Part shown: positions 42,855 to 52,681 of the stretch, one piece after another
Numbering within the stretch: the stretch's first letter is position 1
Layout of the letters: each line of letters begins with the position of its first letter
Origin: Escherichia coli O127:H6 str. E2348/69
Lineage (GTDB): Bacteria > Pseudomonadota > Gammaproteobacteria > Enterobacterales > Enterobacteriaceae
Reading direction: 5' to 3' (one strand)
Assembly (NCBI RefSeq): GCF_000026545.1
Contig: NC_011601.1
DNA: 64,000 nucleotides
The notes under the pieces: generated by a model
What the model was told of the DNA's origin: nothing
Databases searched by the model: none
What the model saw: only the letters and a program-made list of their open reading frames with translations
Made by a program: the position numbers and the translations under genes

Positions 42855-43561
42855 AGGAAGAAATTAGAACAGAAACTGTGGCGGACATTGTGCATTCGTT
42901 GCCAGGCGGAGAAATAGAACGCTACAACAGGTGCAGAATATAATTTTTCGCAAGTGCCAGAATAGCGATATTATGCAGTGTTTTTTAGTTTTCTATCAGG
43001 GGATATTTTGTGAAACTTTTCGGTGAATAAAATAATTCTCTGTAATAAATGATGAGTATGGTCGGTAGTTATATTTGCGCATGGAAATATTACATTGGAT
43101 ATGAATGTATTTCAAATGAAAGAGCCATAACGCCCGAATGGAGTTAGGGATTCATTACGCATCTAATCTAAAGAATAAGAAAAATACTTAATTCATTGTG
43201 GGTGGTGATGATATCTTGATATGTGAAAATGGTTCTCTTAAAAAGATGTAACTAGCTTATTACTTATCCATAGCACAAGAAATGGTCCTGTATCTGCGTT
43301 GCCATGAAATAAGATAGGCCTAAATGTAATAAAGAGTTGCATGGCAAAATTACTAAAGTTCACAATAAAAAAGAATTAAGTTTTTTGTTTGGGTATTTTT
43401 TTAGTGTATTGTTTTGAAATGTTCTACGCTGCTCTAACCTTCAGTTTGAAGAGGGCTTGAATCGTGATGTCAGTTTGATTGACAGAATTTTATTAATAAT
43501 GTTTACGTTTGAATGTGAAATATGTTTAACTATGCCTTGTTGTTAATCACAGGGACTGACT

Positions 43562-43741
43562 ATGAGAAAAATACTGGTGTATTTATGTATTAGCATATGG
43601 ATTGTTATATCATGCGTGCCTATCATATTAACTAGCGAGTATTTAACAGAGGCGAGTATAATGGCATTGATGTTTGGTCATGCCAATGCACTATGTATTG
43701 GGGTTTTTATTTCTATTATTTATATAGAATGCTGGAGGTAA
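43562..43741 (+). CDS. Hypothetical small membrane protein (59 aa)
   Basis: ATG-initiated ORF with two hydrophobic segments in the AT-rich islet; no recognisable SD. Confidence 0.25.
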   Translation: MRKILVYLCISIWIVISCVPIILTSEYLTEASIMALMFGHANALCIGVFISIIYIECWR

Positions 43742-44149
43742 ATAGTGTGAACAGCATTAGTTTGATGATTTTATACTGAACTAAAGGGGGAAAGAGGCAA
43801 CGAAAAAAGACCTCCACCAGGTACGAATCTGAGGCGGGCAGATGGAGGTCGATATCTACACGATTAAATTGATAAGTAAAAGCCCCATCAGGGGTTGATT
43901 TGTTCGAGTCTAATTTAAAGTAATTTCAACGATTTGGCAGAATTTCTTAGAGTTAATGATTTTCAAGTTTTCGATTACCAGGAAAAAGGCTGGGAGCTGA
44001 TAAAATAGTCATCTGCATTCCTTAAATTGTGTAAGGGTGAAAGGATAAAGTTCAATTTAAAGGCGGTACAATATTAGCACCATCTTATATATGTAATGAT
44101 TGATTTGCCTCTTTATTCTACTGTTGAGATTATTGTTTCCGAAAATTGA

Positions 44150-44755
44150 TTATTATCAGCGCGAAAAGAAATGCTACAGCAAATAAGAGGACGATTGTCG
44201 GCGCTGGGGCTCTGTCGAGAAAATATAATAACCATACGCCTGATATTGTTATTGATATCGTTACGGCGATAAGTAATGCCTTATGAAAGCGACGCGTGGT
44301 GAGGACAGCAATAGACCCTGGAGCTGTTAATAGTATATAGACAGAATAATTCCGACTGCTTTTAATGTGGCAAAAATGGTAGGCGATACCATGCAGAGTA
44401 AACTGTAATGTAATAATGATATCTGTAATCCGCTGACTTGTGCCTGTTGATAGTCAAGACAAAAATTCCTGAAAAAACGATACCTATAATGGTATCTTTC
44501 TTTATGATGCTATTATCTTTCAGATAGCCAGTTGCAATTGCACAAGACAGTCCTACAATAAATGCACCAATTCCCAGCGGCATACCTATAATCCAGGCTA
44601 GAACTATGCCAGGAAACATTGCGTGGTTCATTGCATCTCCTATTAGCGCCCAGTCTTTTAATACCAGAAAAACTGATAATAATGCACAGGGAACGATATT
44701 ATAATAGCGATTATCAATGCATAATTCATAAATTTAAATTGTAATGATTAGAGGG
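44150..44755 (-). pseudogene. Degenerate ABC-transporter permease-like gene (multiple frame breaks)
   Basis: Minus-strand hydrophobic fragments in several frames, including the 89-aa ORF 44362-44631; reminiscent of metal ABC permeases. Confidence 0.35.
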
Positions 44756-44817
44756 TAAAATGTCAGCACATTTGCGAAATGAATCAAAAAGCCCGCAGCA
44801 ATGTGCGGGCGTTAGTG

Positions 44818-45333
<516 letters not shown>

Positions 45334-45392
45334 TTAGATCAAAGGAGGATGAATAGGCAGAAAAAGCCCGCCAAAACAGCGGGCAGGGGGAT

Positions 45393-46526
45393 TTAGAACT
45401 GATAAACCAGACCTAAAGCGACGATATCATCGGTAGAGATGCCGTTGGCAGCGTAGAAACTGTCATCTTCATCCAACAGGTTGATTTTATAGTCAACATA
45501 GGTGGACATGTTTTTATTGAAATAGTAAGTCGCGCCAACATCGGCGTATTTAACCAGATCTTTATCATCAACACCTGCTGGGTTGTCTGCACCACCGGCA
45601 GCGTGCAGGTCACGGCCTTTAGACATCAGGAAAGAGACTGTCGGACGCAGACCAAAATCAAACTGGTACTGTGCAGTGACTTCAAAGTTCTGGGTTTTGT
45701 TTGCAACAGCATAATCGCTGTCGCCAAACGGGGTCATATTACGCGTTTCTGAATACATGGTTGCCAGGTAAATATTGTTAGCATCGTATTTTAGCCCAGC
45801 AGTCCACGCGTCTGCTTTATCACCACCCGCCGCAGTATGGTTAACCTGGTCATTGGTGCGGTCAGAAGAGGTGTATGCCGCACCAGCGCTAAAGCCCATG
45901 CCTAAATCATATGTTGTGGAAAGACCCCAGCCGTCACCGTTTTCATGGCGAACATCACGTCCGTTGTTGGTGCCTTCCTGACCATTACTGGCACCTTCGT
46001 TGTTACCTTGATACTGCACCGCGAAGTTCAGACCATTTACCAGACCGAAGAAATCAGTATTACGATAAGTCGCGACGCCATTGGCACGACCAGTCATAAA
46101 GTTGTCTGCATTGGTATAAGAGTCACCGCCAAATTCAGGTAGCATATCAGTCCAGCCTTCGATGTCGTACATTACGCCATAATTACGTCCGTAATCGAAA
46201 GAACCGTAATCTGCAAATTTCAGTCCGGCAAATGCCAGACGGGTCCATGACTGGTTTGTTGAAGATTCGGTGTTGTTTGCCTGAATATTGTATTCCCATT
46301 GACCGTAGCCAGTGAGTTGATCGTTAATTTGGGTTTCGCCTTTAAAACCCAGACGAGCATAGCTCTGGTCGCCATCTTTCGCTGAATTATCAGAAAAATA
46401 ATGCAGGCCATCAACTTTGCCATACAGATCTAATTTGTTGCCGTCTTTATTATAAACTTCGGCTGCATGTGCAGCACCTGCAGCGAGCAGGGCAGGAATT
46501 AAGAGTGCCAGTACTTTGCTTTTCAT
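45393..46526 (-). CDS. ompN: Outer membrane porin OmpN (OmpC/F family)
   Basis: 377-aa ORF with signal peptide and C-terminal ...LVYQF. Confidence 0.9.
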   Translation of the reverse strand: MKSKVLALLIPALLAAGAAHAAEVYNKDGNKLDLYGKVDGLHYFSDNSAKDGDQSYARLGFKGETQINDQLTGYGQWEYNIQANNTESSTNQSWTRLAFAGLKFADYGSFDYGRNYGVMYDIEGWTDMLPEFGGDSYTNADNFMTGRANGVATYRNTDFFGLVNGLNFAVQYQGNNEGASNGQEGTNNGRDVRHENGDGWGLSTTYDLGMGFSAGAAYTSSDRTNDQVNHTAAGGDKADAWTAGLKYDANNIYLATMYSETRNMTPFGDSDYAVANKTQNFEVTAQYQFDFGLRPTVSFLMSKGRDLHAAGGADNPAGVDDKDLVKYADVGATYYFNKNMSTYVDYKINLLDEDDSFYAANGISTDDIVALGLVYQF

Positions 46527-46753
46527 TGAATAAATCCTTTAGTTATTTTATTTGCCTTTCATCCCCATTTCGGGGAGTGAAAACATCCTAAAGGAGAAGT
46601 TCAGTTAGCCGATAAATATCATTTGTTACGCCTTAAGTAAAACCTTAATTAAATAATTCTTCTGAAATGGTAATAAGTCTGGTGAATGTATTGGAAATAA
46701 CACATACAAAATAAAAATTATACTTTTAATTTTCTATACATTATTCTGCGCGG

Positions 46754-46862
46754 GTTATATGCCTTTATTGTCACAGATTTTATTTTCTGTTGGGCCATTG
46801 CATTGCTACTGATTTTCCAACACATAAGAAGACAAGCCCGAACAGTCGTCCGGGCTTTTTTT
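46754..46862 (+). ncRNA. micC: MicC small regulatory RNA
   Basis: Matches recalled MicC (GTTATATGCCTTTATTGTCACAG...) with terminator gcccgaacagtcgtccgggc plus T7; divergent from ompN. Confidence 0.85.
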
Positions 46863-46890
46863 AGAATTGGATAATCCTTATCCAGAGCAT

Positions 46891-49800
46891 TTAATCGGTG
46901 TTGCTTTTTTCCGCTTTTCCGGCCATTTGTGCCAGAAAGTCATAGCGTTTTTGCAAATCAGCTGCAGCATCTTTCCATAACTGTTCTGCCACTTCTGGCT
47001 GCTGCGAATTCAGACGACGGAAACGCTGCTCGTGAAGTAACGTTTCTTCCAGTGCTTCTGACGGCGGGCGTGAATCCAGCGCCAGCGGCAGTTTGCCTTC
47101 ATCGGCACGACGAGGATCGAAGCGATATAACGGCCAGAAGCCGGTAGCAGTGAGTTGGCGCATCTGATCGTGGCTGAGTGCCAGATCGTAACCATGCTCT
47201 TCACATGGGCTATAAGCGATGATCAGCGATGGCCCCGGATACGCTTCCGCTTCCTGAATCGCTTTCACCGTCTGGTTCAGCTGCGCGCCGAGAGAAATCT
47301 GCGCCACATAAACATGACCGTACATCATCATACTGACGCCAAGATCTTTACGCGCTTTACGTTTGCCATGCTCGCCAAACTTAGTTACTGCACCCAGCGG
47401 TGTCGCTTTCGATGCCTGACCACCGGTGTTGGAATAGCATTGCGTATCCAGCACCAGAATGTTGACGTTTTCTGTCAAACTCAATACATGATCCAGACCG
47501 CCAAAGCCGATATCGTAAGCCCAGCCATCGCCACCAATCAGCCAGATTGATTTTTCCACCAGTGCATCTGCGTCACGCAGCAGTTCATGTGCTTCGGCAA
47601 CATCGTTGAGTTGCTGGCGTAAAGCTGCAACCTGTTCACGACGAACCTCTGGCGTGGCGTCTGATTTCAACGCAGTCAGTAATTCCGCCGGGATTTTATC
47701 GGCAAATTGATCGAGCAGACGCAGCACGCGGACACGGTGTTGATCGACCGTCAGGCGGAAACCAAGGCCAAATTCGGCGTTATCTTCAAACAGCGAGTTC
47801 GCCCATGCCGGTCCACGACCATTGGCATCGGTGGTATATGGTGTTGAAGGCAGGTTACCGCCGTATATTGAAGAACAGCCAGTGGCATTAGCGATCAACA
47901 TCCGGTCGCCATAGAGCTGAGTCAGCAATTTAATATACGGCGTCTCGCCACAACCGGAGCAAGCACCGGAATATTCAAACAGCGGTGTAATCAGCTGCGA
48001 TGTACGAATATCAATACGTTCCAGTTTGCTACGGTCGATTTCTGGCAGGTTGAGGAAGAAATCGTAATTGATTTTCTCTTCTTCGACATGTTCCAGGCGC
48101 GACATCATATTGATGGCTTTAATCTCTGGATTCTGACGGTCTTTCGCCGGGCAAACTTCGACGCACAGGTTACAACCGGTGCAATCTTCCGGAGCCACCT
48201 GCAAGACATATTTCTGCCCGCGCATATCACGCGATTTCACATCCAGCGAATGCAGGCTGGCAGGGGCGTTTTCCATCGCTTCAGGCGGTACCACTTTTGC
48301 GCGAATAGCTGAGTGTGGGCAAGCGGCGACACAGTGGTTACATTGGGTACAGAGTTCCTCTTTCCAGATGGGGATCTCTTCGGCGATATTGCGTTTTTCC
48401 CAGCGCGTGGTGCCCATCGGCCAGGTGCCGTCTGGCGGCAGCGCCGAAACGGGGAGGGCGTCGCCAAGCCCGGCGAGCATCGCAGCGGTTACGGTTTTCA
48501 CGAAATCAGGAGCGGCATCGGAAACCACTGGCGGTCGATTGGCGCTATGCGGATTAACTGGCTGCAGTGGAACTTCTTCTACGGATTCACGCGCCAGCGC
48601 CAGAGCCTGCCAGTTGCGTTCCACCAGATCCTGGCCTTTGCTACTGTAACTTTTGGCAATCGCACCCTGCAATTCTGCGAGGGCACTATCGCCAGGCAGA
48701 ATCTGCGTCAGATGGAAAAAAGCCATCTGCATGACGGTATTAATACGGGCCGCCAGGCCACATTCGCGGGCGATTTTCGCCGCGTTAATCACATAGAAGC
48801 GCGCTTTTTTCTGGTTTAGCACGGCCTGAACTTCCTGCGGCAAGCGCGACCACACTTCAACTGCGCTGTACGGCGTGTTGAGCAGGAAAATGCCGCCAGG
48901 TTTTAAACGCTCAGCCATCTGATATTTATCGATAAACTGCAACTGGTGGCAGCCAACAAAATCAGCCTGGGAAATGAGATAAGCGGAACGAATCGGCTGT
49001 TCGCTCACGCGAAGGTGAGAAACCGTCAGGCCGCCCGCCTTTTTGGAATCGTAAACAAAATAGCCCTGTGCGTACCACGGCGTGGAATTACCGATAATCT
49101 TGATATTGTTTTTGGTCGCGGAAACGCTGCCATCACTACCAAGGCCATAAAACAAGGCTTCCAGTTTCGCCGAGTTTGGTAGGGTGTTTTCCGGCAACGG
49201 CAGTGACAGATTGGTTACATCATCGTAAATACCAACCGTAAAGCGCGCTTTCGGTTTAGCCGCGTTGAGCTCGGCAAATACCGCCAGTACACAGTCCGGG
49301 CCAAATTCTTTGGATGAAAGACCATAGCGCCCACCAATGACACGGGGCAGGGTTTCGCGCTCGCCATTATTAAAGGCTTCTGCCAGTGCGGTCATCACAT
49401 CCAGGTACAGGGGTTCCGCTTGCGCACCTGGCTCTTTGGTTCTGTCCAGTACCGCCACGTTGCGCACGGATCCCGGCAGAGCTAGCAGCAAGTGTTTGGC
49501 GGAGAAGGGGCGGTACAGGCGAACTTTCAGCACGCCGACTTTTTCGCCACGGGTCAGCAATTCATCAACCACTTCTTCACTGGTGCCAATGGCAGAGCCC
49601 ATCAGGATAATCACCCGTTCCGCTTGCGGATGCCCGTAATACTCAAACGGCTGATACTGACGACCTGTCGCGGCAGCGAAATCATTCATCGCCTGTTCAA
49701 CATGGTCATAGACCGCGTTGTACCATGGGTTGGTGGCTTCGCGAGACTGGAAATAAGTGTCAGGATTGGCGGACGTACCGCGGATCACCGGATGTTCCGG

Positions 49801-50415
49801 GTTGAGTGCCCGGGCGCGATGAGCATCAATTTCTGCCTGCGGCATCAGTTCAAGAATCGTGTCATCGGCCAGCGGGACAATTTTATTGATTTCGTGGGAT
49901 GTGCGGAAACCATCAAAGAAATGAATAAATGGCACGCGGCTTTTCAGCGTCGCGATGTGCGAAATGAGAGCAAAGTCTTGCGCTTCCTGGACGTTTGCTG
50001 CACACAACATCGCGCAACCCGTCTGGCGCACCGCCATAACGTCGGAATGATCGCCAAAAATAGAGAGTGCATGTGTGGCAACGGTACGTGCCGCAACATG
50101 CAGGACAAACGGTGTGAGTTCGCCTGCCAGTTTGTACAGCGTCGGGATCATCAGCAGCAAACCCTGCGATGACGTAAACGATGTTGAGAGGGCACCAGTT
50201 TGCAAAGCACCATGCACGGTAGCGATAGCACCCGCTTCCGACTGCATTTCAACCACGCGTGGTGTGTCTCCCCAAACGTTTTTCAAGCCGTTTCCGGCCC
50301 ATGCATCAGCCTGTTCTGCCATCGTGGAACTGGGGGTAATAGGGTAGATGGCGATAACTTCACTGGTGCGAAACGCCACCGAAGCAACCGCGCCATTACC
50401 GTCAATAGTAATCAT
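46891..50415 (-). CDS. ydbK: Pyruvate:flavodoxin/ferredoxin oxidoreductase
   Basis: 1174-aa ORF with two 4Fe-4S ferredoxin motifs (CTQCNHCVAACP; CTGCNLCVEVCP) and TPP-binding region. Confidence 0.9.
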   Translation of the reverse strand: MITIDGNGAVASVAFRTSEVIAIYPITPSSTMAEQADAWAGNGLKNVWGDTPRVVEMQSEAGAIATVHGALQTGALSTSFTSSQGLLLMIPTLYKLAGELTPFVLHVAARTVATHALSIFGDHSDVMAVRQTGCAMLCAANVQEAQDFALISHIATLKSRVPFIHFFDGFRTSHEINKIVPLADDTILELMPQAEIDAHRARALNPEHPVIRGTSANPDTYFQSREATNPWYNAVYDHVEQAMNDFAAATGRQYQPFEYYGHPQAERVIILMGSAIGTSEEVVDELLTRGEKVGVLKVRLYRPFSAKHLLLALPGSVRNVAVLDRTKEPGAQAEPLYLDVMTALAEAFNNGERETLPRVIGGRYGLSSKEFGPDCVLAVFAELNAAKPKARFTVGIYDDVTNLSLPLPENTLPNSAKLEALFYGLGSDGSVSATKNNIKIIGNSTPWYAQGYFVYDSKKAGGLTVSHLRVSEQPIRSAYLISQADFVGCHQLQFIDKYQMAERLKPGGIFLLNTPYSAVEVWSRLPQEVQAVLNQKKARFYVINAAKIARECGLAARINTVMQMAFFHLTQILPGDSALAELQGAIAKSYSSKGQDLVERNWQALALARESVEEVPLQPVNPHSANRPPVVSDAAPDFVKTVTAAMLAGLGDALPVSALPPDGTWPMGTTRWEKRNIAEEIPIWKEELCTQCNHCVAACPHSAIRAKVVPPEAMENAPASLHSLDVKSRDMRGQKYVLQVAPEDCTGCNLCVEVCPAKDRQNPEIKAINMMSRLEHVEEEKINYDFFLNLPEIDRSKLERIDIRTSQLITPLFEYSGACSGCGETPYIKLLTQLYGDRMLIANATGCSSIYGGNLPSTPYTTDANGRGPAWANSLFEDNAEFGLGFRLTVDQHRVRVLRLLDQFADKIPAELLTALKSDATPEVRREQVAALRQQLNDVAEAHELLRDADALVEKSIWLIGGDGWAYDIGFGGLDHVLSLTENVNILVLDTQCYSNTGGQASKATPLGAVTKFGEHGKRKARKDLGVSMMMYGHVYVAQISLGAQLNQTVKAIQEAEAYPGPSLIIAYSPCEEHGYDLALSHDQMRQLTATGFWPLYRFDPRRADEGKLPLALDSRPPSEALEETLLHEQRFRRLNSQQPEVAEQLWKDAAADLQKRYDFLAQMAGKAEKSNTD

Positions 50416-50688
50416 ATGACACCCTTACATTGCGCAAATGAGGGGCGCACGAAATTGCTGCGCGCCCAGTAGTAATCGTTCAATTTTAGCAAATGGCTTT
50501 CTTCTGCATTTTCGCTTTTGTGTCCCCCACATCAGCGTAATGAATGTTTTGATCAAACAGAGGGCAAAAAAATAGCCATAAAAAAGTAAAAATGCGGGGC
50601 AACGCGCAGGACAGCTCTCGACGCCGCCCTCTGTGCTGCCTATTATTTATGGTGGTGTCGTTTGGCTTGAAGATCAGAGGAAGAAAAG

Positions 50689-50955
50689 ATGCGAGCAGCG
50701 TTTTGGGTAGGGTGTGCCGCTTTATTGTTGTCGGCGTGTAGTAGTGAACCTGTTCAGCAGGCGACTGCGGCGCACGTAGCGCCTGGTTTAAAAGCGTCGA
50801 TGTCCAGTAGTGGAGAAGCAAATTGTGCAATGATCGGCGGTTCGCTTTCTGTTGCCCGTCAACTGGATGGTACGGCGATTGGGATGTGTGCATTACCCAA
50901 CGGCAAACGCTGTAGCGAACAGTCACTTGCCGCCGGGAGCTGTGGCAGCTATTAA
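50689..50955 (+). CDS. ydbJ: Small lipoprotein (DUF333)
   Basis: 88-aa ORF with lipobox (LLSACS). Confidence 0.8.
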   Translation: MRAAFWVGCAALLLSACSSEPVQQATAAHVAPGLKASMSSSGEANCAMIGGSLSVARQLDGTAIGMCALPNGKRCSEQSLAAGSCGSY

Positions 50956-51374
50956 TTCATTAAATCCGCCAGCTTATAAGTTAATGTCTGTTTCGCGGTC
51001 GCCAGCGTTAACTGGTTCGCGGTCAGATCCACTTGTGCACCTTCTTTCAGCATTTCGCTAATGGTGTTATCGAGTTCATTAAGCTGCGGGTTAGCGCACA
51101 TCATACGGGTCATTGCCAGCCCTTTGGCGGTCAGTTCACCATTAGACAGTTTGCCTTCACCGCTAAAGCGGTTACACATGCTGCCGGAAATCATCATCTT
51201 TTCACCAAAGCTGATTTCTGGCGGATTTTTATCGCTGGTCACGGGCTTACCGTTTACGCTTTCCAGCACAAAGCGATGATGCTGTAGCTGTTCTGGCGTT
51301 ACAGCAATTTTGTCACTACTTACACATCCCGCCATCAGCAGGCTTAGCGCAACAAGCGCGGCTACTTTCTTCAT
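50952..51374 (-). CDS. hslJ: Heat-shock lipoprotein HslJ
   Basis: ORF track 50952-51386; ATG at 51374 gives MKKVAALVALSLLMAGC... (140 aa). Confidence 0.85.
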   Translation of the reverse strand: MKKVAALVALSLLMAGCVSSDKIAVTPEQLQHHRFVLESVNGKPVTSDKNPPEISFGEKMMISGSMCNRFSGEGKLSNGELTAKGLAMTRMMCANPQLNELDNTISEMLKEGAQVDLTANQLTLATAKQTLTYKLADLMN

Positions 51375-51484
51375 TGTGGTTCTCAATTACTGTTTCTGAT
51401 TCAGGACTATTTTAAGAATAGAGGATGAAAGGTCTTTGGGGATTATCTGAATAAGCTCCCCTGGAATGCAGGGGAGCGGCAAGA

Positions 51485-52474
51485 TTAAACCAGTTCGTTC
51501 GGGCAGGTTTCGCCTTTTTCCAGATTGCTTAAGTTTTGCAGCGTAGTCTGAGAAATACTGGTCAGAGCTTCTGCTGTCAGGAATGCCTGGTGCCCGGTAA
51601 ACAGCACATTGTGGCAGGCAGACAAGCGACGGAATACGTCATCCTGGATCACGTCGTTGGATTTATCTTCAAAGAACAGATCGCGTTCGTTCTCATACAC
51701 GTCCATACCCAACGAACCAATTTTCTGATTTTTCAGCGCTTCAATTGCCGCCTGAGAATCAATCAATGCACCGCGACTGGTATTGACGATCATCACGCCA
51801 TTTTTCATCTGATCGAAGGCGGCTTCGTTCAACAGATGGTAGTTTTCCGGTGTCAGCGGGCAGTGCAGAGAGATAACGTCTGATTCAGAGAACAGGGTTG
51901 GCAGATCGACATACTCCACACCGAGTTCCAGCGCCGCCGCACTTGGATACGGATCGAACGCCAGCAGACGCATACCAAAACCTTTCAGAATGCGCAGCAT
52001 CGCCACACCGATTTTACCGGTACCGATAACGCCTGCCGTTTTGCCATACATAGTAAAGCCGGTCAGACCTTCCAGAGAGAAGTTAGCGTCACGGGTACGC
52101 TGATACGCGCGGTGAATACGGCGGTTCAGCGTCATCATCATACCGATGGCGTGTTCAGCAACGGCCTCTGGATCATAGGCTGGAACACGGACTACTTTGA
52201 GCCCCAGTTCTTTTGCCGCGTCAAGGTCGACGTTATTGAAACCGGCACAGCGCAGGGCGATATATTTAACGCCGTGCTTTTTCAGCTCTTCCAGCACCGG
52301 GCGGCTGCCGTCATCGTTTACGAAAATACATACCGCTTCGCAGCCATTGGCAGTTTTAGCGGTTTTTTCCGTCAGCAGAAAGTCAAAAAATTCCAGCTCA
52401 AAGCCAAAGGACTCGTTCACCTGTTGCAGGTACTTCTTGTCGTACTGTTTTGTGCTATAAACGGCGAGTTTCAT
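51485..52474 (-). CDS. ldhA: Fermentative D-lactate dehydrogenase
   Basis: 329-aa ORF, 2-hydroxyacid dehydrogenase family with GxGxxG (GVIGTGKIG). Confidence 0.9.
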   Translation of the reverse strand: MKLAVYSTKQYDKKYLQQVNESFGFELEFFDFLLTEKTAKTANGCEAVCIFVNDDGSRPVLEELKKHGVKYIALRCAGFNNVDLDAAKELGLKVVRVPAYDPEAVAEHAIGMMMTLNRRIHRAYQRTRDANFSLEGLTGFTMYGKTAGVIGTGKIGVAMLRILKGFGMRLLAFDPYPSAAALELGVEYVDLPTLFSESDVISLHCPLTPENYHLLNEAAFDQMKNGVMIVNTSRGALIDSQAAIEALKNQKIGSLGMDVYENERDLFFEDKSNDVIQDDVFRRLSACHNVLFTGHQAFLTAEALTSISQTTLQNLSNLEKGETCPNELV

Positions 52475-52681
52475 AAGACTTTCTCCAGTGATGTTGAATC
52501 ACATTTAAGCTACTAAAAATATTTTACAAAATTTCAAATATAATTGAAAGTTATGGCGATATTGAAAAATTCATCAACAACTATGCTTAGTGTAGGCGCA
52601 ACCTTCAACTGAACGGTTAAACATGCCACAATACCCGTATTGAATGCTTAATTTTTCGCTAAATCAGGATATTAACTACCC

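Larger units (their letters stand above)
42855..44780. other. AT-rich islet / probable prophage-deletion scar
   Basis: About 1.9 kb visibly AT-rich relative to flanking core genes, no long intact ORF; sits where the Rac prophage lies in K-12. Confidence 0.5.

Noticed and set aside
46929-50472. Numerous 60-230 aa ORFs on the plus strand inside ydbK, and similar antisense ORFs inside ydbH, hrpA and ycjT
   Set aside because: All lie antisense or out of frame within long, well-supported genes.
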